Part shown: piece after piece, positions 40,016 to 49,393 of the stretch | Layout of the letters: the number at the start of each line of letters is the position of its first letter | How positions within the stretch are numbered: position 1 is the first letter of the stretch | From: Minisyncoccota bacterium | GTDB taxonomy: Bacteria > Patescibacteriota > Microgenomatia > UBA1400 > PJMF01 | Length of the DNA: 64,000 bases | Assembly: GCA_012515515.1 (NCBI GenBank) | Contig: JAAYYE010000009.1 | Coordinates: 35,818 to 99,817 of the forward strand | Direction of reading: 5' to 3' | Program-made: the position numbers and the translations under genes | Notes under the pieces: model-generated | Told to the model about the DNA's origin: nothing | Seen by the model: only the letters and a program-made list of their open reading frames with translations | Database searches by the model: none

Positions 40016-40702
40016 ATGAAAAGTGTTAAAAAATTAGCCATTGTTGTTTCAGTATATAACGAAGAAAAAAGAGCGCTAAATACGGTCAAAAAGATACTGA
40101 AGCTTGATAAACAAGCAGTGCTTGTTTTGGTTGATGATGGCTCAAGTGATAATTCATACAAAATTCTACAAGATGAATTTGGCAAAAATAAGCAAGTTGT
40201 AATTCTTCAGCACATTATCAATTTAGGAAAAGGCGCAGCCATGAAAACAGGCGTAGAAAAAGCTTGGCAAATCGGCTGTGATGCGGTGGTTTTTCTTGAT
40301 GCCGATGGTCAACATGATCCCAAACACCTTAATGAATTCAGAAAAGAATTAAAAAATAATGATTTAGTCTTTGGACGAAGAGCATTAGGGGTGGAAATGC
40401 CCATAATCAGAAGGTGGGGAAATATTTTAATGGTAAAACTAGTTAAACAGTTCTTCAATATTCAAAGATCTGATATTTTATGTGGTTATTTTGCTGTCAA
40501 GAAAAAAATTTATAAAGAAATTGAGTGGGATGAGCCTCGATATGGAGTTGAGGCGCAGATTGCTGCAATGACTGGAAAAAAGAACATCTCCTTTTCTGAA
40601 GTAAATGTTGATACAATATATATAGATAAATATAAGGGGCTGAGTATTTTTGAAGCATTCGGTTTTTTTATAAAGATCCCTTATTGGTATATAAAAAAAT
40701 GA
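40016..40702 (+). CDS. DPM1/GacI-like polyprenyl-phosphate glycosyltransferase (GT2)
   Basis: VDDGSSD, NLGKGAA, DADGQH; single-domain 228 aa. Confidence 0.85.
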   Translation: MKSVKKLAIVVSVYNEEKRALNTVKKILKLDKQAVLVLVDDGSSDNSYKILQDEFGKNKQVVILQHIINLGKGAAMKTGVEKAWQIGCDAVVFLDADGQHDPKHLNEFRKELKNNDLVFGRRALGVEMPIIRRWGNILMVKLVKQFFNIQRSDILCGYFAVKKKIYKEIEWDEPRYGVEAQIAAMTGKKNISFSEVNVDTIYIDKYKGLSIFEAFGFFIKIPYWYIKK

Positions 40703-41025
40703 CTATCGTAGGTGTACAAATCATTGTTTCCGCATTCGGTCTGCTCATGCTGTATAACTTGTTTATACACTGGAAAAAAGGTTCAATTGGCAATCGTGGT
40801 GCCATTGTTTGGCTAATTTTGTGGGCAGGCTTAATTTGGGTGACATTATTTCCAAAGTCTCTAGAACCATTAATCAAAGAATTATTTTTTATTAGGTTAT
40901 TTGATTTTATTACAGTGACAGCCTTAATAGTTTTAACTTATGTAATGTTTGAGAATCATATTAGGATAAACAAGATGCAACAAGAGATTGAAAAATTGGT
41001 TAGGAAATTGGCGAAAAAAAAATGA
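40699..41025 (+). CDS. DUF2304-like (GacJ-like) small membrane protein
   Basis: Three TM segments ending I..LVRKLA; ATGA-coupled to the DPM1-like gene. Confidence 0.75.
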   Translation: MTIVGVQIIVSAFGLLMLYNLFIHWKKGSIGNRGAIVWLILWAGLIWVTLFPKSLEPLIKELFFIRLFDFITVTALIVLTYVMFENHIRINKMQQEIEKLVRKLAKKK

Positions 41026-42164
41026 AATCAAGGAGGCTTTTGGTTTTTTCACCCTATTATCCTCCGCATGTAGGAGGATTAGAATCACATGCTCAAGAAT
41101 TTAATGAAAATGTCTCAAGCTACTTTGATGAAGTTGTTGTTTTAACTACAGATCTTCCCGAAACAGGCAAATTTGTTGAAGAAGAATCTGCTACTGTTAA
41201 AGTTTATAGGTTTCCAGCAACAGAAATAGTATCTAACTTTCCGATTTTTAAGTTTTGGAAAAAGGATTTTTGGAAATTATTAAAAATAATTAATGAGACT
41301 AGATATAGTATAGTAATCTCTAGAACAAGATTTTTTTTAACTTCCTTAATGGCCCTAATTTTTTCAAAAAAAAATCACTATACATGGATTCATATAGAAC
41401 ACGGTTCAGATTATGTAAAACTATCTAATCCATTAACAACCCTAATAGCTCGAATTTATGATGAAAGCATAGGTAGGCTTATTTTTAAAAATAGTGATTA
41501 CAATGTTCCAATATCTAAGGCTGTTGATAAATTTATCGAGAAATTTGATAAAAGACCAAGAATGGTAATAACACGAGGTCTGAATATAAAAAATATCGAA
41601 GCAATAGAAGTCAATAAAGCAATATCCAAGAAATATAAAAATTTTACAAAATTTATTTTTTGCGGCAGACTTTACAAATGGAAGGGAATAGAAAGAAGTA
41701 TTTCTTTAATTAATCAGTTGTTAAAAGAAAACGAGAAAGTTGTTTTTTTAATTATCGGAGGCGGTGAAGATTATGAAAAATTAAAAAAATATAAATCAAA
41801 AAACATTGTTTTTTTGGGTAAAAAAAGTAGAGATGAGGCAATTTCCATAATGAAATGTGGAGATATTTATTTACACTCCTCCTATTCAGGAGGTGGCTTA
41901 TCGACATCTTTATTGGAAGCTATGTTGTGTGGTTGTTGTCCAGTGGCTACAAAGAATGAGGGAGCTAGTGAGGTTATATCTGATGCAGTTAATGGTTTCA
42001 TATGTAATTTTGATAAAACATTAGAGCTTAAGGATAAGGTTAAAACACTTCTTGAGAATGATCTATATAAAATTTACGGGAATAAGGCTAGATTAACCAT
42101 AATTGATAAGTTTAGTTGGAATAAAAGTATTAAAAATTATATAAAACTTTTTGAGGCAATATGA
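41022..42164 (+). CDS. GT4 glycosyltransferase
   Basis: YYPPHVGGLE, GRLYKWKG, LLEAM. Confidence 0.88.
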   Translation: MKSRRLLVFSPYYPPHVGGLESHAQEFNENVSSYFDEVVVLTTDLPETGKFVEEESATVKVYRFPATEIVSNFPIFKFWKKDFWKLLKIINETRYSIVISRTRFFLTSLMALIFSKKNHYTWIHIEHGSDYVKLSNPLTTLIARIYDESIGRLIFKNSDYNVPISKAVDKFIEKFDKRPRMVITRGLNIKNIEAIEVNKAISKKYKNFTKFIFCGRLYKWKGIERSISLINQLLKENEKVVFLIIGGGEDYEKLKKYKSKNIVFLGKKSRDEAISIMKCGDIYLHSSYSGGGLSTSLLEAMLCGCCPVATKNEGASEVISDAVNGFICNFDKTLELKDKVKTLLENDLYKIYGNKARLTIIDKFSWNKSIKNYIKLFEAI

Positions 42165-42967
42165 ACATTATCATTAAATTACCCTTAGTTTTGGCAGAAA
42201 ACGCCCTATTTTATTTTTTTCCAAAGTCAAGAAGATTGGTTGAAAAACTCTACAATCCTTATTTTAGAAAAAATTATGCTGAATATATACATGGACAATA
42301 CGCTTCTTTTAGTAAAAGCGTTAATAAATATAAAAGTTTAAAAAAAACACGTTTGCTTGAACTCGGTCCGGGAGCATCTGTTGGTTTCGGACTGTTGGCA
42401 ATTAAAGAGGGAGGTCTTGGAACCTATTATGCAATTGATGAAAACAATCATTTAAATTATAAAAAAACAGAGTCGTTATATTTAGACTTATTGGGCAATA
42501 AGAAAAATTTAGAAAAAGCTAAGAGTAAGGTTAAAATGATCTCATTCGCAAAAAATTATTCATACAAAATGGATAATTCTACTGTTGATGTTATATATTC
42601 ATGTGCTGTTTTAGAACACATTAAAGATTTAGAACATAGTATAAGTGAAATGACGCGTGTTCTTAAGAAGGGTGGTATAATGTATCATTCGGTGGATTTA
42701 AAAGATCATGTTTTTTCAAAAAAAAGCCTTTTCTTCCTCTTTATTCCTCAAAAAATATTTAATTTCTTATTTGGAAATACTGGGTTGTGGGTAAATAGAA
42801 TGCGACTATCAGACTATAAAGTTTTATTTAAAAAATATAATCTTAAGATATTAGATTTAAAAGTAAATGAGGTGTGGACTGATGATTTGCCATTTTATTT
42901 AAGAAAAAAATACTCTTTGAAAGATATTATTCATCTTTCTTTTGATGTGGTTTTAGTAAAAATGTGA
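42161..42967 (+). CDS. Class I SAM-dependent methyltransferase
   Basis: LLELGPG, VLEHI, RVLKKGG. Confidence 0.85.
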   Translation: MNIIIKLPLVLAENALFYFFPKSRRLVEKLYNPYFRKNYAEYIHGQYASFSKSVNKYKSLKKTRLLELGPGASVGFGLLAIKEGGLGTYYAIDENNHLNYKKTESLYLDLLGNKKNLEKAKSKVKMISFAKNYSYKMDNSTVDVIYSCAVLEHIKDLEHSISEMTRVLKKGGIMYHSVDLKDHVFSKKSLFFLFIPQKIFNFLFGNTGLWVNRMRLSDYKVLFKKYNLKILDLKVNEVWTDDLPFYLRKKYSLKDIIHLSFDVVLVKM

Positions 42968-42969
42968 CA

Positions 42970-43779
42970 CTAATTAATAATTAAATTGGGGTGCATTTTT
43001 TTGAATTCTTTTAGAGAGTATTTAGCTGATCTCCTTTTTACAATATTTATTAACATCCATTCTATGGATGTTGGAGAATATCTAAATACCATATAGCCGA
43101 TAAAGTTAATCAGTGTTTTAATCCCAATCGGATTAATAGAAAAATATTCTTTAATAAATGCCATGTTGAGCTTATATCTATTTCTAGAAAAATTATTTCT
43201 ATCACTTCTAATTCTATGAATAGATAGCGCATTAGGTATACAGTGTATTTTAGAAGAATTTCCACCTAATACGATCTTCTCAAAATGTTCATCACTAAAA
43301 GTAAACTTCTCATCATATTTGAAACCGATATTCCTAAACATTAAAGATATATGATTTACATAGTTAACTCTGAGAGGTTTCTTATCAAGTATTAAAATAT
43401 TTTTATGTTCGTAGTAAATGTAAGTTTGTGTTCCACAGCAAATTTCTTTTGGACGAGTATCTAAATAATTTACCTGTTCTTTAAGCTTTGGAGGAAGCCA
43501 TAGGTCGTCATGATCTAGTACAGCAATATATTTACCCTTGGCTTTATTAATTAAATAATTTAATCCTCCGTATGGTCCAATGTTTCTTTTTGATTTAAAT
43601 ACTTTTACTTTACTAGTCTTTAGCTTATGAATAATATCAACAGTATTGTCTGAGGAGTTATTATCAAAAATAAGAATTTCTATTGGCTGGTATTCTTGTT
43701 GAAGACAGCTATTTAAAGTGCTATATATATATTTTTGAGAATTGTGGGTTACGACAAGGACGCTAACTAGGTTTTTCAT
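42970..43779 (-). CDS. GT2 glycosyltransferase
   Basis: DNNSSDNT, LDHDDLW...KL..Q. Confidence 0.87.
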   Translation of the reverse strand: MKNLVSVLVVTHNSQKYIYSTLNSCLQQEYQPIEILIFDNNSSDNTVDIIHKLKTSKVKVFKSKRNIGPYGGLNYLINKAKGKYIAVLDHDDLWLPPKLKEQVNYLDTRPKEICCGTQTYIYYEHKNILILDKKPLRVNYVNHISLMFRNIGFKYDEKFTFSDEHFEKIVLGGNSSKIHCIPNALSIHRIRSDRNNFSRNRYKLNMAFIKEYFSINPIGIKTLINFIGYMVFRYSPTSIEWMLINIVKRRSAKYSLKEFKKMHPNLIIN

Positions 43780-44714
43780 TTTTTATACGCGATTATGGTT
43801 ATTCTCCCAGACTGTTTTAAGAAAGACAACAAATAGGAAAAAGGTAGTGTTACCAAATGATAGAAAATATTCCATTTTAAAACTTTACGCGAAATTTTTT
43901 TTATAAATTTAGGTGAGCTACTATTTTCAATTGAAACACTTAGACTAGAAAACACAGATGAGAAATTCTTTTGAAAAATAATTTTCTTTACGTAAAAATT
44001 ATTTTTTTCTAATAACATCGTAATACTCTTCGGAGTAAAGTGATATAAATGGTTAGGAAGATGTAGTCCGTGCCAATTTTCTTTAAATAGTTTAAATTCC
44101 CAGCTAGCAGCATTTGGAACAGACAAACAAAATATACCATTATTTTTCAATACTCTGTGTATTTCTAATATAGCTTTGTTCAATTCATGAACGTGTTCTA
44201 ATACCATCCAACCATAAACAATGTCAAGACTACTGTCTTTGTGTGGAATATTAGTCAGATTAGATAAATATGCATTTATATTATTTTTTTTAAGATAGTT
44301 TATATTGGTTTCACTAATATCTACTCCTGAAATATTCCAATTTGGATACAGAGTTTTCAATTCGTACAAATAATTACCAGCGCCACACCCAATTTCTAAT
44401 ATATTATTTATTTTTTTATGAGTGAGTAAATTAATATTATGTTGTGGATCTATAATGCTATAAATCAATGGATATTTCAATCTAAAATTAGCAATTGTAA
44501 CTGATTTTTTAAAATCAGGATGATAAGGAATATACTTAATTGGATAATATTTTTTTATTTCTATTAAATTAGGTCTTGGATTAGTTAGTAGCAAATGACA
44601 ACCTGTGCATTTTACAATGTTAAATTTTCCTTGAATTTTGTTGATATTGTCTTGACCAATTAAGATATGCGTAAATTTGTGATTATTGCAAATCGGACAT
44701 CTTACCTTTTCCAT
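43776..44714 (-). CDS. Class I SAM-dependent methyltransferase with N-terminal CxxC...CxxC zinc site
   Basis: CPIC...CTGC, LEIGCGAG, VLEHV, P.HLYHF; start moved to ATG 44714. Confidence 0.85.
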   Translation of the reverse strand: MEKVRCPICNNHKFTHILIGQDNINKIQGKFNIVKCTGCHLLLTNPRPNLIEIKKYYPIKYIPYHPDFKKSVTIANFRLKYPLIYSIIDPQHNINLLTHKKINNILEIGCGAGNYLYELKTLYPNWNISGVDISETNINYLKKNNINAYLSNLTNIPHKDSSLDIVYGWMVLEHVHELNKAILEIHRVLKNNGIFCLSVPNAASWEFKLFKENWHGLHLPNHLYHFTPKSITMLLEKNNFYVKKIIFQKNFSSVFSSLSVSIENSSSPKFIKKISRKVLKWNIFYHLVTLPFSYLLSFLKQSGRITIIAYKK

Positions 44715-44745
44715 TATTATTATTGTACTATAATAATAATGGAAA
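44708..44745. promoter_or_regulatory. 38-bp palindrome containing two divergent start codons and overlapping -10 boxes
   Basis: TTTCCATTATTATTAT-TGTACT-ATAATAATAATGGAAA, with perfect 16-bp arms. Confidence 0.75.
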
Positions 44746-45743
44746 TAAATATTATGAATATATTGGTTACCGGATCTGCTGGTTTCATTGGACACAAAGT
44801 TTGTGAAGAGCTAATTAACACTGGAAACCATGTTATTGGCTTGGATAATATGAATGATTACTATGATGTCCATCTCAAAGAATACAGATTAAGATCTTTA
44901 AATAGAAGTAATGCATTTAAGTTTATTAAACTTGATATTGAACATTATGATGATTTAGAAAAAATTTTTAAAGAGTATAAGCTTAATGCAATCATAAATC
45001 TGGCAGCAAGAGCTGGGGTTAGGTACAGCATGCTTAATCCACTCATGTATTTTAATACAAACACAATTGGCTTGTTGAATATTTTAGAGTTAATGAAAAA
45101 ATATAAAGTTAATAAAATAGTCCAAGCCTCAACGTCTTCATTGTATGCTGGTCAGGCACTTCCCTTTAGTGAGGAATTAGCAGTAAATGAACCACTGTCA
45201 CCCTATGCAGCCTCAAAAAAATCTTCAGAAATGATTGCATACACCTACTACCACTTATACGATATTAATGCCACAATCGTAAGGTATTTTACCGTATATG
45301 GGCCAGCTGGTAGACCAGATATGGCGGTATTCAAATTTATAAGAGATATTATTGAAGAAAAGGAAATAGTAATAAATGGCGATGGAACGCAAACAAGAGA
45401 TTTTACTTTTATAGATGATGTTGCTAAAGGAACAGTTTTAGCTTTAAAACCAAGGGGTTATGAAGTAATTAATATTGGTGGTGGGTTGGCAGCTTACTCC
45501 TTAAAAGATTTAATTAATTTAATAGAAAAATATTCTAATAAAAAGGCCATAATTAAATATAGTGGATTTTCCAAGGCAGACATGAAGCACACGCTGGCAA
45601 AAAGCACTAAAGCCAAAGACATGTTAAATTGGGAGCCAAAAGTTGATTTTAGCGAGGGAATAAAGAGAAGTGTTGATTGGTACATGACAAATCGAAGTTG
45701 GGCAAAACTGTCTACATCAAAAGATGATTATTTGGGAAAATAA
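44739..45743 (+). CDS. UDP-glucuronate 4-epimerase-like SDR
   Basis: GSAGFIG, LAARAGVRYS, YAASK, VYGPAGRPDMA; start at 44739 or 44754. Confidence 0.85.
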   Translation: MEINIMNILVTGSAGFIGHKVCEELINTGNHVIGLDNMNDYYDVHLKEYRLRSLNRSNAFKFIKLDIEHYDDLEKIFKEYKLNAIINLAARAGVRYSMLNPLMYFNTNTIGLLNILELMKKYKVNKIVQASTSSLYAGQALPFSEELAVNEPLSPYAASKKSSEMIAYTYYHLYDINATIVRYFTVYGPAGRPDMAVFKFIRDIIEEKEIVINGDGTQTRDFTFIDDVAKGTVLALKPRGYEVINIGGGLAAYSLKDLINLIEKYSNKKAIIKYSGFSKADMKHTLAKSTKAKDMLNWEPKVDFSEGIKRSVDWYMTNRSWAKLSTSKDDYLGK

Positions 45744-45758
45744 ATTTTAATATCCACT

Positions 45759-47534
45759 ATGAAAGAATTTATAATGAAAAATCAGAAAATATCAAACATA
45801 TTTTTTTCTCTAGGAATTTTTATAATTTTTCTGTTTATTTTTTTTGTGCCACCTTTTCAAAAGCCTGACGAAGTGGTTCATTTCTGGAGAGCTACTTCGA
45901 TAAACCATCATTTAAATTTAAACACTAGTCAAACAAAAGTTTTAAAAAGACTTTATGATTACCCCTCAATTAACAGAATTGGCTCGATAGCACACAATTA
46001 TTCTCTAAAATACCCCTGGAAACTAGCCTGGCAAAAAGATCCCAGTAACGAGCTGGTTGAATATACCCCCGCCCTATCTCTAGCCTCTTTTATTTCCTAT
46101 TTACCTGTAAGTATTGGAATAAATTTGGGTTCTTTTTCAGCATATCCAGCCGTTTCTTTTTATTTAGGACGTTTGTTTAACTTATTATTTTTTGCAATTT
46201 GTCTTTATTTTTCAGTGAAACTTTTAGCTAAAAACAAATCTCTATTATTCCCCTATTTATTGATCCCTATGCTGTGGTTTCAGGTGACTTCTATAAGCCA
46301 TGATGTGGTGCCTTTAGGTTTAGGTTTAGTGTTGTTTTCTTATTTTGTATCTCTTTTTACTTCAAACAAAATTGATAACAAAAAAATTTTGATATTTATA
46401 TTATTATCTTTTTTATTTTTAATATCCAAGCCAGGATATTACTCTTTATTTTTATTACCCTTGTTATTGATCGTAAAAAGTTGGAAGCATCTGAATAAAA
46501 ATCAGAAAAATTTTTATTTGCTGTCTAGCCTTGCATTATTAGTTTTTTTACTAATTGTCTTTTGGAATACTTTTTCTAATGTAAGAACTTCTAAAACTGG
46601 TGGATATGGTGCAATAAGTCAATTTGATTTACTCAAATCTAATCCTCTTTATTTTTTTGATGTATTTAAGTCAACTATGCGTGCTGGACTACCCGACTTT
46701 TGGCTTAAAAGTTTTTGGGGAATTTTTGGATGGTTGGATTATGATTTAAACTTTATTACTTATTTGTGCATTGCGTTGTTATCTTTTTATTCAATTTATA
46801 AATACATTAAAAGCAATCGTATAGAAAATATAAGCTGGTTTAGCATTATCTTTTTGGGAATGATTATTTTTGGAGGAATTTTCTTAATCATAAGCTCCTT
46901 CTACTTTACTTGGTCCCCCGTTGGAGCAAAGATAATTGATGGGGTACAGGGTAGGTACTTTTTGGTTTATTTTCCTTTCTTAATTTTTTGGTTAAAGTTG
47001 TTACACGACAAAATTGGCGCTGTTAAGTTTAAAAATCTGTTATTGGGCTTAGGAATGGGTTTTATTTCTTATCAAATACTTTCCACAACTTATTATCGAT
47101 ACTATGATTATTCTATGTCTTTTGGCAATGACAGTTTAATAGAAAATAAAATTGAAGCCCTAAGTGAAATTGTAGAAGAGGAATTAGATAATCAAAGAAT
47201 AACTTTATTTATCGGAGATGATAAATTTAGTGGCTTACAATTCTTTATGAAAGAAAAAGAAGAGGAAGAAACAAAGAAAAAAAGCGCAATTTATCAATTC
47301 ACTGTATATGATGGTGAGTGTAGTGATAAATCAAAATTACTTTTTATTGATTACGAAAATAGTGAATATTTGCGAAAAAACAGAACTATTCCACTTAAGA
47401 GAGTTATTAATCCAAAAAATGATTATATTTGTGTTGCTATAGATAAACTCTCTAGAGAAGAAGGGTCTAAAGAGACATTGATTATAAAAAATGAAGACGA
47501 GTATTTACTCTACCCCCTGTTAATTTCGCGATAA
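45759..47534 (+). CDS. DUF2142-like (GacL-like) GT-C membrane protein
   Basis: PPFQKPDEVVHF.RA, GRLFN, G.FGWLD, I.GVQGRYF. Confidence 0.8.
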   Translation: MKEFIMKNQKISNIFFSLGIFIIFLFIFFVPPFQKPDEVVHFWRATSINHHLNLNTSQTKVLKRLYDYPSINRIGSIAHNYSLKYPWKLAWQKDPSNELVEYTPALSLASFISYLPVSIGINLGSFSAYPAVSFYLGRLFNLLFFAICLYFSVKLLAKNKSLLFPYLLIPMLWFQVTSISHDVVPLGLGLVLFSYFVSLFTSNKIDNKKILIFILLSFLFLISKPGYYSLFLLPLLLIVKSWKHLNKNQKNFYLLSSLALLVFLLIVFWNTFSNVRTSKTGGYGAISQFDLLKSNPLYFFDVFKSTMRAGLPDFWLKSFWGIFGWLDYDLNFITYLCIALLSFYSIYKYIKSNRIENISWFSIIFLGMIIFGGIFLIISSFYFTWSPVGAKIIDGVQGRYFLVYFPFLIFWLKLLHDKIGAVKFKNLLLGLGMGFISYQILSTTYYRYYDYSMSFGNDSLIENKIEALSEIVEEELDNQRITLFIGDDKFSGLQFFMKEKEEEETKKKSAIYQFTVYDGECSDKSKLLFIDYENSEYLRKNRTIPLKRVINPKNDYICVAIDKLSREEGSKETLIIKNEDEYLLYPLLISR

Positions 47535-47556
47535 CTGGCTATTAATTCCTACAATA

Positions 47557-49197
47557 TTATCCATTAATGCTAAAATCTACTCTACTAGTGCTTAAGTTTG
47601 GATTATAATTTAGATCATATTCTTTTTTTTCAATTATTTTTTGAGCCATCTTTATTGATTGGGATGAAAGTTTGTCATTTTGATAGTCTCCCTTATAAAT
47701 AATTAATGGATTATATCCAAGAACAATTCTTTGCTTGTTTTTAGAGATTAAATAACTTAAATACAAGCCAATATCGGTATAATTATCAAATTCTTTAATA
47801 GGCTTTAGATCAATTTTAGAAAAAAATTCTCTATCAATTATGGTTCCCAACAAGCTAGTTGCTGAAAAATTTTTATACATTCGACTATAGTTAAAATTAA
47901 AGTAACCTCCCTCAGTCATTCCTTGAAAAGCATGGATTAATTTGTCATTTTTAGAAATTATAATTCCAGTTTTATATATTGTTCCTTTTTGATTAACAAT
48001 CTTTATAGTTAGCATTTTAATTCCTGGAAACATAAACAGTCCTAAAGAACGCTGAATATTTTCATCAGATATTGAACAATTTTTATCAAGGAAAATAATA
48101 TATTGACTAGAATTATTTTTTATAAAGTCATATACTTGAATTCCGAGTCTTTCGCCCGTCGACCTTGATATAAATTTTGCGTATTCAAAATTATTGTGAA
48201 TAGTAAAATCATATAATCCTCGCCCAGCTCCTTCAGTCACTGTCGCCCTTATTTCTCTTCTTTTTAACGCAGACTCAATTGATTTTATGCCGTTTTTATA
48301 AGCATAATCAGATTTAGCATCAGAGTCTGAACTAGCTGTAGAACTTTTTAATGTTCTCCAAGAGTATAAAACTTTAGGAATATGATAGATTTGCTTACTT
48401 AACTCTGTAACTCTTAAAAATAAATCTAAATCCTGTGCTCCTTCGTAACCAACTCTGAAACCTCCAACCTTATTTATTAAATTTTTCTTAATCAAAGAGA
48501 AGTGGGTTATGTAATTTCCTGAAAGCAATGTTTCAGGTGACCAGTCGGGTTTAAAATGCGGCTCAAAGCGTTTGCCATGGGCATCAATTTTATCTTCATC
48601 TGTATAAATAAAATCAACAGTTTGCTGCTCATTTATTATTTTTATGCATTCGCTTAAAGTGTTTGGGTATAGAAGATCATCATGATCTAAGAGTCCAACA
48701 TACTGCCCAGTGGCAATTTCTAAACAGGAATTACTAGCTTTGCTGATATGGCCATTAGATTCCCGAAAAACACATTTTATTCTTTTATCTTTTTTGCAAT
48801 AATATTCAATGGTTTCCTTAACTCTGGCATCACTAGAATTATCATCGGCAATACAAAGTTCCCAGTTTGGATAAATTTGATTAATAACTGAGTCAATATT
48901 CATTTTTAAAAATTTAATTGAGGAATTATAGGTTGGCATTACAAGGCTGATTTTTGGTTTAACTTTTAGCCTAGATATGAGTCTTTTTTCATCTGCAATA
49001 AATTCATCTGTTAAGCTATTTTGTTTAAGATATGCAGTATATTGTTTATTGTATTGAGCTATCCGCAATTCTCTTTCGATTACTGCTGATGTTTTTTTAA
49101 GAAAAGAAGATAGGTTGTGGGAAAATAAATACTTAATACCTTTAAGTAAAATTTTTAAATTATATTTAGTAAACATTCTGTTATTAAAAATTAACAT
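47557..49197 (-). CDS. GT2 glycosyltransferase with a second degenerate GT2 domain
   Basis: WELCIADD, LLDHDD, YTDEDK, KPDWSP, GAQDLDL, LYSWR. Confidence 0.88.
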   Translation of the reverse strand: MLIFNNRMFTKYNLKILLKGIKYLFSHNLSSFLKKTSAVIERELRIAQYNKQYTAYLKQNSLTDEFIADEKRLISRLKVKPKISLVMPTYNSSIKFLKMNIDSVINQIYPNWELCIADDNSSDARVKETIEYYCKKDKRIKCVFRESNGHISKASNSCLEIATGQYVGLLDHDDLLYPNTLSECIKIINEQQTVDFIYTDEDKIDAHGKRFEPHFKPDWSPETLLSGNYITHFSLIKKNLINKVGGFRVGYEGAQDLDLFLRVTELSKQIYHIPKVLYSWRTLKSSTASSDSDAKSDYAYKNGIKSIESALKRREIRATVTEGAGRGLYDFTIHNNFEYAKFISRSTGERLGIQVYDFIKNNSSQYIIFLDKNCSISDENIQRSLGLFMFPGIKMLTIKIVNQKGTIYKTGIIISKNDKLIHAFQGMTEGGYFNFNYSRMYKNFSATSLLGTIIDREFFSKIDLKPIKEFDNYTDIGLYLSYLISKNKQRIVLGYNPLIIYKGDYQNDKLSSQSIKMAQKIIEKKEYDLNYNPNLSTSRVDFSING

Positions 49198-49393
49198 CTT
49201 TATGATTTAAAAAATGAGGATTTTTTAATGTTTTTTTACAACTTTGTATTTTTCTCCAAAATTTATAAGCTTTTGATTCATGAATAGTTACATATTGATC
49301 TTCAAGTTCCTTTTTTTTATTTTCTAGATCGACAAGTTTTTCTTCAAGTTGCTTATTACGTGAGACTAGATAATCGGTCATCTTTTTTTTCAT
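49184..49393 (-). CDS. Small coiled-coil protein, possibly the detached N-terminus of the downstream GT2
   Basis: Coiled coil plus SKAYKFW motif; overlaps both neighbouring genes. Confidence 0.6.
   Translation of the reverse strand: MKKKMTDYLVSRNKQLEEKLVDLENKKKELEDQYVTIHESKAYKFWRKIQSCKKTLKNPHFLNHKDVNF

Noticed and set aside
44667-44795. Apparent 129-bp head-to-head overlap of the methyltransferase and epimerase ORFs
   Set aside because: This is an artefact of longest-ORF calling; the likely starts at 44714 and 44739 do not overlap.
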